This document shows, in pieces, positions 25,743 through 38,758 of a stretch of DNA of 64,000 nucleotides (the first letter of the stretch is position 1; the number at the start of each line of letters is the position of its first letter). Position numbers and translations under genes: made by a program. The DNA comes from Flaccisagitta enflata. Its lineage: Eukaryota. The notes beneath the pieces were generated by a model that did not search any database, was not told the DNA's origin, and worked only from the letters and a program-made list of their open reading frames with translations. The stretch spans positions 34,224,001-34,288,000 of the forward strand of contig OZ231126.1 of NCBI GenBank assembly GCA_965153355.1. Direction: 5' to 3'.

Positions 25743-26967
25743 GCGTAGTATCATGATGAAAAATGTTTATTGTTCTTCTTAGGTACTTAAGTTCTCATAA
25801 TTTCATCTCCATGATTAATTCTCATCCTCTCTTCTGCCTCCCAACCTATTCAGCCTTGAGGCCCAGATGCCACTCTCAAGGCAAGCCTTAAAGCCCAAAT
25901 CCCCACCTTTTCAACAAAATTTCTACCTTGAGGCCCAAATTGTAGCCCAAAGGCCAATTTTTCACAAGCGTAATAGCTTAAAGATTCCCCAAAACTCTCT
26001 TTCAGCCAAAGCATTGATATCTTTGGAGGCTCTGTCCCTCTTACCGTTCTGTTCCTACATACACTCATGTGCGGTATTGGGTACCGCTGACCATCTTACA
26101 TTTGTGCAACTGTTACCCCCTGTTGTTCCTTGATATAGAAAGAATCCAAGCGCCGCCATTGAGGCGAGTAAGAACGAGCACTGAGCAGACTGGAGGGCAA
26201 AAAGGAAAAGAAACAAAAATCGATGAAAACGAGGAAATATGATAATCACACGCCGCACCGACGGCCATCTGCCTCACCTTTGACCTCGCTTACGTTGACC
26301 TTTCCACGAAGCTCCATACGTGCACAGCTAGATGGTGCTACATGTACGCATGCATGCTTGCATGCATCAATGGTGCCGCGTGCGCACATGCGTTTCTAGG
26401 TCGGTCGATGGAGCTCCGTATTTGCTTGTGAGCGAAGAGATGGTAATCTAGAACGTGAATATGAACTGTTAGAATGCCCAAACAACGGGCTTGGCCGAAG
26501 ATCAGTTGCAGCAGCCATTGCGTTATCATAGAAATATTCTGGTTAGCCCAGATTTAAACGTGATGATGTGAAGAAGTAGTTCATATATGCAGTCGTGCAA
26601 GAAGTGCGCGCGCTGCCTTGGCACATTTATCTTCGGGTGATATACGAGATGGCACGAGGAGAGCACGAGAGTGTCAGCATGAGAAGTTTTGGAAAGGATG
26701 CGTTGACGTGACCTTTATGACGGGATGCGACGGCCTGCGCGTGGGCATGAAAGTCCATTTTGGCGAGGGCCTGTTCGTGGAGGTGCGCTTGAAGGTGCAT
26801 TTTGACTTGATGTGGCAAACGGAGAAACGATGGTTCTTTAGGTTGTTTTGCACTTGTCAACAGACTGTGAGTGAAATTCAATGGAACAACAACAGCGAAA
26901 ATAACCATGACCATGACCGACATCAACAATCACAGATCAATGACAGTGTCAACGACTGCGTCAATGA

Positions 26968-27038
26968 TGGCGACAGCTGCGGCGACAGCTGCGGCGACAG
27001 CTGCGGCGACAGCTGCGGCGACAGCTGCGGCGACAGCT
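26968..27038. repeat. 12-bp tandem repeat, ~6 copies
   Basis: (GGCGACAGCTGC)n. Confidence 0.9.
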
Positions 27039-27703
27039 ATGGGGACCGCTGTGGCAACAATTATGGCGAAACATATGGAAACAGCAACGGCGATAGCAGC
27101 GGCGACACCAAAAACACCGATGATATTGGAACTACATCGAAAATGACAATGACAATGACAACAACAGCAACAAAATAGGCGATACCAGCAACAACGACAA
27201 TGACAACAACAATGACAACATCATGTTATTGGAATTGTTTTGGGACTATTAGGATCTAAAAACAAACTAAAATCTATCAACTTGTGAATACGTGAAGAAA
27301 TCAAACACTATCTTACGTTTAAGGTTTTTGTACTAATAGCAACCATTTGTTTGGACCCCTTAGGGGTCTGTGTTGGTTGCTTTACATTATAATATATTAT
27401 TATATTATATATCTTGCTCATACTTTCATGCTTGCCTGAAGCTATGAGCGATCGAGCTTATATGAACGAGTCAGATGACATGACTCCCTTGATAGATTTT
27501 TTTTTTTTTTTTTTTTTTTGTCAACGGTGACCACCCTAAGTCGTTTTCCGTCGACGACTTGTTCATACCGTATAAACACCGTTGCGTGTCTGGAATCTAT
27601 TTTCACAACATGACTTAGAAAGAAAAAGACTCTTGAACAGCGATATGCATTCTTTTCATCTGCTGTCTCACATTGTCATTTTGCTTATTTATGGAGAAAA
27701 AAA

Positions 27704-27759
<56 letters not shown>

Positions 27760-28173
27760 TCAACGTTGGTTGTGTCCCGCGTCTGGAGTGTAATTTATTG
27801 GAAGAATTTAGAAATAGAAGATCCTCTCTGGGTTCAGCCTTTTTTTTCAAGGCGACGGACTAATGTCATTTGAACGTGGGTGACAAACGGGCGTCAAGCA
27901 GACGACGCCGATATCGTCACTAACGCCGACGAAGACGATGACGACAACGCCGACTGCAACGCCGACGCTGACGACTTTAACCGAGGGTGACATTGGAATC
28001 ACAATCGGCGGATGTCGGCTAAAAAAAGGAACCACCTTGACCTCAGACGAGGTTGCTTAGGCTTAGCAAGACGCCTCAGAATCTTCACATCTTCAAATAG
28101 AAGAGGAGGAAAGGAAGAAATAGAAAAGGAAATCAGAGAGACAGAAATTTGTCATTCATCAAATCACGCTCAT

Positions 28174-28237
<64 letters not shown>

Positions 28238-29311
28238 TTTCCTCGATTTTCTTTCCATTTTCACTTTTTCTGGTTCTTTCGTTCTCATTTCTTTTTCTTT
28301 TTTCCTTTATCAAAAGATGGCGTCGTGTTTTTCTTTTCAGTGCAAGGTGATCGAGGTCAAGGCAATATCTGTTTACCTCTCATTTTTTTCTTATTCTTCT
28401 CCTCGAGTTCTTATTTATATTAGAAACCAAAAAAAGAAGAAGAAGAAAACAAGAGCAAAAGCCATATCTCAAAGGTCAACCATAGTGAAATGCGTTTTTC
28501 ATAGCTTTGGTGGATTTTTTTTTCTCGTTTAGAGAAGAAATAAAAATGAGTATTGACCATTGAGCGGCTTTTGGCCACAGTTTATGTGAATGGTACACTT
28601 AGATTTCATTTCTACTTTTGCTTTTAGTTGTTGGATCTCTCAAGGCAACCATCCGCTTGAATAAATCCACTTCTGGCTATGAAAGTTAAAAGCGAAAATT
28701 GGCCTGGTAGACGTTCTTTTGCAGGTGCGGGTTAATCCTTGTCTTGAAGGATGCCCTGGAAGGATGGCCTGGAAGGATGGTCTGGAAGGATAGTCTTTGT
28801 CTTTTTGACATATTCGAGAGAAGCATGGTTTTCATTTTCTTAAAACTTAGTTGGGTATCTTGGTCAACCGATTAGGGCCTGTGACGATATTGAAATGGTT
28901 AGTAAATTTGAGAATTCTCTTTCATTTTGCGCCAAGAAAAATGCTCTACAACAAATATCTTTTGCGTTATGATTTTTCAAACATTTATTTTTGAAAAATT
29001 CAAATTGAATTTTTTTTCGTTTTATTATGATTTTAAGTAGGAACAAAAAAAGACTGTATTTATATTTGTTTGAGCATGCAAATACAAGAAAATATGTTGA
29101 TAAGCATTGCTGCTCATCTGTTAGGGTATTTTTGGGCATTCTAGCTCATTAAGCTCTTTCAGCTAATTTTGCTCAATCTTTTTTTCTGATTTCAAATGCA
29201 TTAAATGAATAAATATTTTAGAGTTAAAGCAAGCAGATACAAGTAGTCGCAAAAGCGTTAGATGATCAGCGGTACCTGTTGCCCCTGTGAGTGTGTGTGG
29301 ATGTGTGATGA

Positions 29312-29907
29312 TTAGAGGGGCAGCGGCCCTGAAGAGGCCGATGACCTATGCTTAGTAATTTTGGAGGCTTTATGTTGGGACTTGAGCCTACAGGCTGCAA
29401 TTTGAGCTTGGAGGCTGGAATAAGGGCCATGTGACCGGATATTTAGCCTCAAGGCTGGATTCTGGGCTTTGCGGCTCAATTCTGAGCCTTGAGGCTGGAT
29501 TTTAGGCTTTGAGGTTGAATTTGAGGCTTGAAGCTGGAATATGAGCCTCACCGTTGGAATTTGAGCCTCAAGGCTGGATTTTTGGACAGAGAAGGAGGAT
29601 AAGAGGGAAGAGAAGTGGAGAGGCTGGAGAGGCTGGATTCTGGGCTGTGAGGCTCAATTTGAGCCTTGAGGCTGGATTTTAAGCTTTGAGGCTGGAATCA
29701 GAGGCTAGTAGCTGGAATTTGAGCTTCAAGGCTGGCATTTGAGCCTCAACGCTAATAATTGAGCCTCAAGGCTAGATTTTGGGCTTTAGGGCTGGTGGAG
29801 GGGGTGGACGGAGAAGGAGGGGGAGAAGAAGGAGAAGAAGAGGGAGGAGAATTTTCTCCTTTGTGAAAGTATAGGTCATCAGCCCCTTCGCGGCCGCTGC
29901 CCAAAAA
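29312..29907. mobile_element. Non-autonomous element with ~35-bp terminal/sub-terminal IRs and internal ~21-bp repeats
   Basis: GGGCAGCGGCCCTGAAGAGGCCGATGACCTATGCT vs AGTATAGGTCATCAGCCCCTTCGCGGCCGCTGCCC then AAAAA; internal (AGGCTGGAATTTGAGCCTCA)-like units. Confidence 0.8.
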
Positions 29908-30651
29908 GCATGTCAGTGAGCATGATGCTCTTCTGTTAGGGTGTTTTTAAGTATTCTAGCTCACTTAGCTCATTTAGCTCAGTCTTTTTAAAATTTTTGA
30001 TGGAATAGATGAATAAATATTTGATGTGAGCATACAATTACGAGTAAGCATGTTAGTAAGCATAGCTAGTTGTCTAGTTGAGTGATTTTGAACATTTTAG
30101 CTTATCTAGCTCATTTGGCCCAGTCCTATCTTTCTCTGATTTTCAGTGCAATCAATACATACAATTGCTCTTGATTTGATCTAACAAATAAAAAGATTTG
30201 CAGTGACTGAAGACAAAAGCTTGATGAAAAGCGACCAATGCTTATGACTTTTTTCCTCACGGCGACATCGCCATTACTAGAACAGTTCGAATGCCTCTGC
30301 ACAGTAACGACTCCATCTACAGTAAATCTGAGAATAGGCAATAAATGAGAATAAGGGGATGTGATTGCGATAGCCGGACCAACGAACCAACCGACATTCA
30401 GGTTGTCTCTATTCGAGATTATAAATCCAATGACTTGAGAAAATTTCCAATTCAGAATAATGACATCGTTTTCAGAATATCACCCTTGTTAGTGTGGAGC
30501 TGCCAGCTATTTCGGTGTTAATGATCCTTACAACCATCCAGATATTCAGCCCTTCGCAGTTCTCTGTTTAACAAAACGATACAATTCTAGTAAGTCTTTC
30601 CGACAAAATTCGCCTTTCCTTTCCTTCTCCATCAAGTCGTTTGATTGTCTG

Positions 30652-30775
30652 TTTTTGTAGATACGCTAACACACCTCTAAATTCGGTCGTGTCTGTCCGT
30701 TGGTTGGTTGGTTGGTCCGTCACGCAAACCTTTGACGATCCACCCGGCGCACCTTTTGGTCTACTTGGCCTTGTT
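30652..30775 (+). mobile_element. Short HINE-like element, AGGTGCG subfamily (degenerate)
   Basis: CACCTCTA, GTCY/GGTT run, GACGATCCACCCGGCGCACCT, GGTCTACTTGGCCTTGTT. Confidence 0.75.
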
Positions 30776-31299
30776 TTCACTGCCTTAGGTTTATTCTTTG
30801 CTTTTTACGTTTCTATCGATGTGCATAATCGTTGGTTGGTAATTTGTTCCGGCAAGACAACTTTTGCAATTACTAAAGTTTCAGATTTACTTCCGTTGTC
30901 AATATAGGTTGTAGGCATAATGAGTGTTTCACCTAGCTTCGTTTTACCGGCTTTGTTGTTTTAACGGCTTTTTAACGGCTTTTTTTATCTGGTCGCTTAA
31001 AGAAACATCGATTTTTCCGATGCACCAAATCGCAAAGCATTGATTTCAAACTCAAGACAAAGAATCTCGCGATACTGTTCAGCGGTTGAAAGGAACAACT
31101 AGGCGTTCCCGGTTTTGGTTCCTCAGTGCCTCTCATGCGTTTGATTTGTTTGTTCACTTTACTTATTCTATTTATCACTTCATTCACTCTTGCTCCTATG
31201 TACAGTACGATGGGAGCAAAGACGACCTAGACTGGAAGATCGATTTCAGACATCTTAACTTTATTTGATGTACAAAGAATTGAGATCAATGCTAATTAA

Positions 31300-31698
31300 A
31301 GGTTGCTCTATTGCTTGAATATAAAGGCTTCTCTTATTTTTCAACTTGTGACTTCAGGACTTCAGTTTTCAACGTTCTAACCTAACACATCAGATTGAGC
31401 AAAAAATTTTATGTAAATCAAAAAAAAAAATCAGCTCAATCGGACTATTTTTACAGGTTCTATGCCTGTTTTTAGCTTTGCCAAGATATCAATTTATATA
31501 AAAGTTTTTGTTGTTTGTTTTTTTTTAGATTATTGCAAAACCTGTAAAAAAAGTCCAATTAAACTGTTTTTTTTTTAAATTATGTAGAATTTTTAGCCTG
31601 ATCTGATGGTTTAGGTGAAAACGTTGAAAAATAAATGATGAAATCAAGTCACAAGTTGAAGAAGGAGAAAAGCTGAAATATTCAAGTAATAGAACTCA
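31300..31698. mobile_element. Old ~400-bp palindromic MITE, possibly Kolobok-like
   Basis: Diverged inverted arms 31306-31460 vs 31538-31695 (CTATTGCTTGAATA / TATTCAAGTAATAG, TTCAACTTGTGACTT / AAGTCACAAGTTGAA); left end TTAA|AGG; right end interrupted by a HINE. Confidence 0.7.
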
Positions 31699-33353
31699 TT
31701 TTTAGTCGCGTGCACGCGACTCTATACCCCGCTTTGTCCGTCCGTCGGTCGGTCGGTTGGTCGGTCGGTCGGTCGGTTGGTCGGTCCCCATTTTACTTTT
31801 TTTATTCGTTTTATTCCTATCAAGTCATTTTAAGTCAATTAAGTGATTTTGAGTCAAATTAGATCATTTTAAGTCATTTTAAGTCATTCTAAGTCACTTT
31901 AAGTCAAATTAAGTCATTTGAGTCATTATTGAATTTTAGTCAATTTAAATCAATCTAGGTCATTCTAAGTCATTTTAAGTGAATTCAAGTCAATTTAAGT
32001 CAGTTTAACTCAGTATAAGTCAATTTAAAGGTATAAGTCAATTTAAGTCATTTTATGTCATTTTTGAATTTTAGTTTTTTTAAGTCAATTTAGGTCATTT
32101 TTTTACATAATTATAGGTCATTATGCAATTATAGGTAATTATAAGTAATCATAGGTCATTATGCAATTATAGGTAATCATAGGTCATTATAGGTAATTAT
32201 AGGTAATCACAGGTCATTATAGGTAATTATAGGTCATTATGTAATTATAGGTAATTATAGGTCATTATAGGTAACTATAGGCAATGATAGGTCATTATCC
32301 AACTATAGGTCTTCATTGGTAATTATAGGTCATCATGTAATTATAGGTAGCTATAGGTAATCATAGATAATTTTAGGTCATTACAGGTAATATAGGTCAT
32401 TATAGGTAACTATAGGTCATTATGTAATTATAGGTAAAAATAGGTAATCATAGGTCTTAATAGGTAATTGTATGTCATTATGTAGTTATAGGTAATTAAA
32501 GGTAATAATAGGTAATCATAGGTAATCATAGGTCATTACAGGTCATAATGCTATTATAGGTAATCATAGGTCAATATAGGTAATTATAGGTCATTATGTA
32601 ATTATAGGTAATTATAGGTCATTATTGGTCATTTCAGGTATTTATAGGTAATTATGGGTCATTATGCAATTATAGGTCATTATCGGTAATTATAGGTCAT
32701 TATGTAATTATAGGTAATTATAGGTAATTATAGGTTATTATATAATTATAGGTCATCATAGGTAATTAAAGGTAATTATAGGTAATTGTAGGTCATTATG
32801 AAATTATAGGTAATTTTAGGTAATCAAAAGTCATTAAAGGTAATTATAGGTCATTACGTAATTATAGGTAATTAAAATTATTTATAGGTAATCATAGGTC
32901 ATTATAGGTAATTATAGGTCAATAGACAATTATAGGTAATTACAGGTAATTATAGGACATTATGCAATTTTAGGTAATTATAGGTAATCATAGGTCATTA
33001 TAGGCAATTATAGGTCATTATGTAATCATAGGTAATTACAGGTAATTAAAGGTAATTACAGGTAATTCCTATTATTTTATAAGTAATTGTAGGTCATTCT
33101 AGGTTTAGGTAATCATAGGTTATCATGGGTAATTATAGGTCATGTAATTATGAGTAATTATGTGATAATAGGTAATTAAAGGTCATTTTTTGTTAATATA
33201 GGTGATTATGTAATTCAAAGTAATCATAGCTACTTACAGGCAATTATAGTCATTATTGTCATTACAGGAAATAATGTACTTATATAATTAGGCGATTATG
33301 TAATTAAGTAATTGTATAAGCCTCGCACGCGACTTATAGGTGTTGGCCTTGTT
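31699..33353 (+). mobile_element. 1.65-kb HINE-like element with a 10-bp satellite core
   Basis: TTTTTAGTCGCGTGCACGCGACTCTA, (GGTC)n, AAGTCATTTT units grading into (AGGT[A/C]ATTAT)n ~32110-33320, CGCACGCGACTTATAGGTGTTGGCCTTGTT. Confidence 0.92.
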
Positions 33354-33567
33354 TTTATAAATCTAATAAAATTGAAATACCTAAAATCTAACCTCCAGTC
33401 TAGGTCGTCTTTGCTCCCATCGTACTGTAGGGCTCACGCGTTTTAGGTCAAAGCTTCTAACCAGTGTGCCACCCCCGGTCCTCCCCCCCCCTCTTTTGGG
33501 TGCCTTCAAATACTCCTTTTGATTGAACCCCTACCCTTCCTCTTTTTGAATTGAAGAGTTTAGAAAA

Positions 33568-33884
33568 AACAAGGCCGGATACACGGCAATCCAGTCGCGG
33601 ACGGTTGGGCAGGAGCAGTAGTGCGAAAACCACTCGTAATTCAACAAGGCCGGATACACGGCAATCCAGTCGCGGACGGTTGGGCAGGAGCAGTAATGCG
33701 AAAACCGCTCGCAATTCAGAAATGTGAAGGACGGACGGACGGACGGACCGACGGACCGACCTACCGACCGACCGACACGGCAAGGTGTAGAGTCGCGTGT
33801 CCACGACTAAAAATGTGACCGACCGACCAACGGACGGACCGACCGACAGACCAAGGTGTAGAGTCGCGTGTCCTCGACTAAAAA
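33568..33884 (-). mobile_element. Two HINE-like copies, one nested in the other (inner 33643-33812)
   Basis: Two successive AACAAGGCCGGATACACGGCAATCCAGTCGCGGAC ends followed by two successive GAGTCGCGTGTCC(A/T)CGACTAAAA ends. Confidence 0.9.
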
Positions 33885-34187
33885 CATTGAACCACCTCAT
33901 AACTTTGAGTGAACCCTCATAGCCCAGAATACCTTTACATCTCGACAACTTTGGCCAAATCCCTCCATCTTTGAATTTTGAACAACTGGAATGATGAAAT
34001 GATGGAATGATGTGGGTCCGTGCAGCCATCTCAGTGTCCCTGAGTGAACTCTTTGTTGCCCCCTACCTCCTTCCGCGTCTCTCTGGAAAACGTAGAGCGA
34101 AAGCAAAAAAAACAATACCATCCGAAAAAGAGGAGAAGCCCCTTAAAACCGGCCAGTGGAATGGCGAAATTCGTTTGTGAGTCGTGG

Positions 34188-34455
34188 CTGGTGAGTCGTC
34201 GATGGTGAGGTGTCACTGGTGAGTTGTCACTAGTGAGTTGTTGGTGGTGAGTCGTTGGTGGTGAGTCGTCGGTGGTGAGTTGTTGGTGGTGAGTTGTTGG
34301 TGGTGAGTTGTCAATGGTGAGTCGTCGGTGGTGAGTTGTCGGTGGTGAGTTGTCAATGGTGAGTTGTCACTGTTGAGTTGTTGGTGGTGAGTTGTCAACG
34401 GTGAGTTGTCAACGGTGAGTTGTCACTGGTGAGTTGTCGGTGGTGAGTCGTCGAT
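34188..34455. repeat. 14-bp minisatellite
   Basis: (GGTGAGTTGTCGGT)-like units. Confidence 0.9.
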
Positions 34456-35649
34456 GTTGACAAAAACGAGACGCGTGTGGCCACTTTTTCCTGAGCATGT
34501 CTCTTTCTGTCCCTATTCATTTCATACCCCACCATTAGAAATAGCAGCTAAGTGGACCAGTACATGACTCTTTCTGACTATCTTACCATGTACATGGCAC
34601 AATAAAAGCCTGTTAGACTTAACCAGTGTGACTCTCCTGAACTATCTCTTCCCCGCATGGTGCCATAAGTACTTTCAGGACAGTAGTGGGCTGTTGGATA
34701 CCAAAATTATGTTTTCGCTTCATGTTCTGAACGGGGAAGAAAACGATCTCGTAAAAGTCAAAATGAAACGCTCTCTCCTCTCTCTTCCCTTCACTCTCTT
34801 CAAAAAAAAGTATATTCTCTCAAAACCGAAAAAACGGGAGAAAAATATTTTCTTTTGTTCCTCACTGCAGGCCGCGCCTGTATTTTCCTACTAGTTTGAC
34901 GATCGACCCTTTTGTCGTCCTTGCAAATCAATCGGTTCTATGTTCTTTCGCTTTCAGCCATTTCACTCATCCTGATTGCTTTTTCCTTGTTCGTCCAAGA
35001 CCCTCACGACTCCCTACTAGCCATCAGGGTGGCTTAAAGTGCTATCCAATTTGATGCTCGCGGGGAAACACGGGGACTAACTTTACTCATGCCCGCCCCC
35101 TCCTTCACCCCTTCCCCTTGGTTCCCTCCTTACAGTTACAGGATTTTAGCCCTCAACGTTTTGTGACATTTCATGACAAAGATCTTGGGTGTCGGCTTAA
35201 AAAAAAACTTCTTCTGATCATCACCAGACTTTGGAGTTACCATCTGTGATGCAAATGATCATATTTCTCCTGTGAGAATGCCATGATTCAAACATGAACA
35301 CGCTTTAGGCTACCTACTAGTCATGCTCTTCCCCTCCTCTGTGCGCTTTATTGGAATTTGTCCTAGTCTATTCGTGTGTCCATTTTGTGTCCATTTCCCT
35401 TCCCTTCGTATGGCTTTTCCGTCTGGGGCCTTTTTCAAATCGCATAGGAAGATGCAATCAGTAAGAGAGACGACGTGTCGAAAATCTTGAGCAACAATTG
35501 TGAGTGAATCGCAAATATTTTATGACAGCGTTAAAAGTAAGTGCAAAACGCATTGGTTTGATAGGCACAGGCCTTCTGACTGCTCTTTTTTTTTTCTTTC
35601 ATCTTTTTACTATTCTTGTTTTTTTTATTTTTAGAATAGATGGATGATT

Positions 35650-35710
<61 letters not shown>

Positions 35711-35864
35711 GCTTCACGCACACGGATTTCCATTTTGTGAATTCCCATTTCGCTCCGCAGATTTTATAGGCTGTAAGAATTGAGACCAATTCTCTCCCTT
35801 CTGACTAGACGATCAAAGTTGTGAGAGTAAAAAGTCGATCTCGACTCAAGAGAATACGAGAGTA

Positions 35865-36274
35865 CTACTCGACTCAATAAAAAAGCCGCACTTTTAAATG
35901 ACAAATTGTCATACTAAATTTCAAAAAAACCAATCAAAATCTTAGACCATTAGAAAGCTCTTGAAAAGATCTTTCATTTGGCACCAATCTGGTATTGCTA
36001 TCTTTTTTCGTTTAGAAATGGCATTAGTTTGAGTAAAAATGTTGCCTATTTCAGTTTCGCAATCCTTATGAAAAAAGAGCATTTTATCAAAATAGTGCTT
36101 TTCTTTGCAGAGCTCTAGCTCCTAAACCATTTGAGATACAGATCTGGGATTGGTCTAGAATGAAAATAAATTCAAAAATCTTTCAAATCACTTTAACAGA
36201 AAAATTTTTCAATAATTTCTTTTTCTTATACATCAACTCAAAATAGGGTGCGGCTTTTTTTTTTAGTCGAGTAG
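35865..36274. mobile_element. ~410-bp MITE with TA TSD, diverged relative of 23205-23615 in opposite orientation
   Basis: TA|CTACTCGACT..AAAAGCCGCAC ... GTGCGGC(T)nAGTCGAGTAG|TA; internal homology (TCTTAGACCATT, AAAGATCTTTCATTTGG, TTGGTCTAGAATGAAA). Confidence 0.9.
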
Positions 36275-36388
36275 TAAAAGTACGATAGTGAAAATTACTT
36301 ATTTCATGTTTAAGCCTCGAGACTCGGAGGTTTTGGGCATTTGTATCATGCTCTCTGCTGCCTGATTACTTTTGAAAAAAAAATGACT

Positions 36389-37135
36389 AAGTTCATAGAA
36401 TTTGCTTTCCTACTCAGGACAAGCTGGACAAAAAAGATTCCAAATATAAAGAAAGAAACCAAATCCAAATGTTCCAGTTTTACGTTCGGTACCACTGATG
36501 GTTTGAGGCAGCCAACAAGCATCGTTGATAAAGGGCAGATGGAATTGAATGAATGAATGAATGAATGAATGAATGAATGAATGAATGAATGAATGAATGA
36601 ATGAATGAATAAATGAATGAGAAATGAATGAATGAATAAATGAATGAGAAATGAATGAATGAATAAATGAAGTTCATAGAATTTGCTTTTCTACTTAGAA
36701 CAAGTTGGACAAAAAAGATTCCAAACATAAAGAATGAAACCAAATCCAAATGTTCCGGTTTTACATTCGGTTCCACTGATGGTTTGAGGCAGCCAACAAG
36801 CATCGTTAATAAAGGGCAGATGGAATTGAATGAATGAATGAATGAATGAATGAATGAATGAATGAATGAATGAATGAATGAATGAATGAATGAATGAATG
36901 AATGAATGAATGAATGAAGGAATGAATGAGAAATGATTGAATGCGAAATGAATGAATGAGAAATGAATGAATGAATGAATGAATGAATGAATGAATGAAT
37001 GAATGAATGAATGAATGAATGAATGAATGAATGAATGAATGAATGAATGAATGAATGAATGAATGAATGAATGAATGAATGAATGAATGGAGGAATGAAT
37101 GAATGGAGGAATGAATGAAAGAATGATTGAACGAT
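36389..37135. repeat. ~280-bp tandem duplication, each unit ending in (GAAT)n
   Basis: AAGTTCATAGAATTTGC...GGGCAGATGGAATTG at 36389 and 36669; GAAT tracts ~36546-36668 and ~36826-37130. Confidence 0.93.
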
Positions 37136-38377
37136 TGATTGATTAAATGATTTGTCCTTTTTCAAGTGAATGCTTGCAGATGCAGACAATAAGGCGGATT
37201 AAAGGACGAGCGTTCTCGAAGCAGACAAAAAAGGAGCAATTGAGATGGATGGAGTTATTGTCAGGGGAAATTTCAATGGCGCAGTCAAAGAAGTTCGAGT
37301 GAGAAACTGCGACGACAATCAAAGCGAATCAAGCGCAACAAACGATAAAGTGAAATCGTGTGAATAACGAGGTTGGGATTCGATGTACACGAAGAGGCAC
37401 GGGGGTGATGTGCACGAAGAGCTTGGCCATCGATGTGCACTGTGAAGTCATCCGAAGATGGATGATAGTGTACACAACGAGGTAGCATAACAATGTGTCC
37501 CAAATGCTATGACAGTAATGTACCCCCAACTCACTGAGACAGCGCAATCTTGTACAGTATGTAGTGAACAAAAAAATTGGCTCGATATTTGGCAAAGATG
37601 ATGTGAAACTGCAATGATGGAACGAAATTGCTTTAGGATATCAACTACTACTGCTGTATCTAAATATCTTGCGGTAAGGTGAGCACTACAGTGTGTACGA
37701 TGACTCAAAAGCACCAGCATGCACAACTATTTTCAGTTCATTCAAGCGCAATGGCACGCAACGGAGTGCATTGACGCGCTATTGTTATGACGTGTAATGG
37801 CGTGAGTTTCGTGTCAAAGGCAATTCAACTGAGAGGCATTAAAGAACAGAAAAGGTGCGTTGAGCAAGAAAAGTGTTACGAGAAATATATGTTCGTTACA
37901 AATCCAAAAGCTGAAAGGAAAGAATCCACTTCATCAATATTGAGATAGTGTGTTAGATGGAACGGTCTGCAAATACAAGCATAATCAATATGTCACCCAA
38001 ATTAAAACAGCACGGCGGTATGACACTAACTATTGAAGGCCACAACTTGAGTTGCAACATTTATTCATGGGCAACGGTTTTTTTTTCTTTTTGCGGCGAC
38101 AATTGATGAGGGTGATAAAGAGCGATTCTCCAGAGAGGAAGAGAGAAGCGCTGGAAGAAAATAAAGAAAGGAGGGGGGAGGGAATGGCTCTGTGGTGAAT
38201 GAGAAGCAGTGGGTCAATCAGAAAAACAGGTCGTAAGGTAAGCTGAATTCCCTTACTGTCCGAGTTTTCAGCACTGTTTGGTAGATGATATGAGTGTGCT
38301 AGTAAAGATACGAGCCTGCATAAAACAGCAGTACACAATAACCTGCAATAACGAAATAAGATTTTTTAACGGAAAGG

Positions 38378-38530
38378 AACAAGGCCGGATACATGGCTAC
38401 CCAAGTCGCGTGTGGATGGGCGGGGGCAATGATACAAAAAAACATCCGTAATTGCAAAAAAAGCAAAGCGTTACCGTCAGTCGTACCATCAAACAGAAGG
38501 ACCAACAAATCGACAGACAGACAGCCCGAT
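38378..38530 (-). mobile_element. Truncated HINE-like element
   Basis: AACAAGGCCGGATACATGGCTACCCAAGTCGCGTG; decayed GACA run; no hairpin end. Confidence 0.65.
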
Positions 38531-38758
38531 AAAAAACGCACCTGTAGGGACAGGCAGAGGGGGAACACTCCCCACAAATGCGCCTGCGCAGCTGACAAAA
38601 AAGGAGTGCAAGGGAACATGAAATGCAGTTGACAGGGAAAGAAAGTGCCTTAGTCTGTTGCCGTCAGTGATAAAGCGCCGTGATGGCAGATAACTAAGAC
38701 TTGTAGCCAATTTATGGATTATAAGATGAAACTTGGTCTGATAAGGTGATAGTAACAA

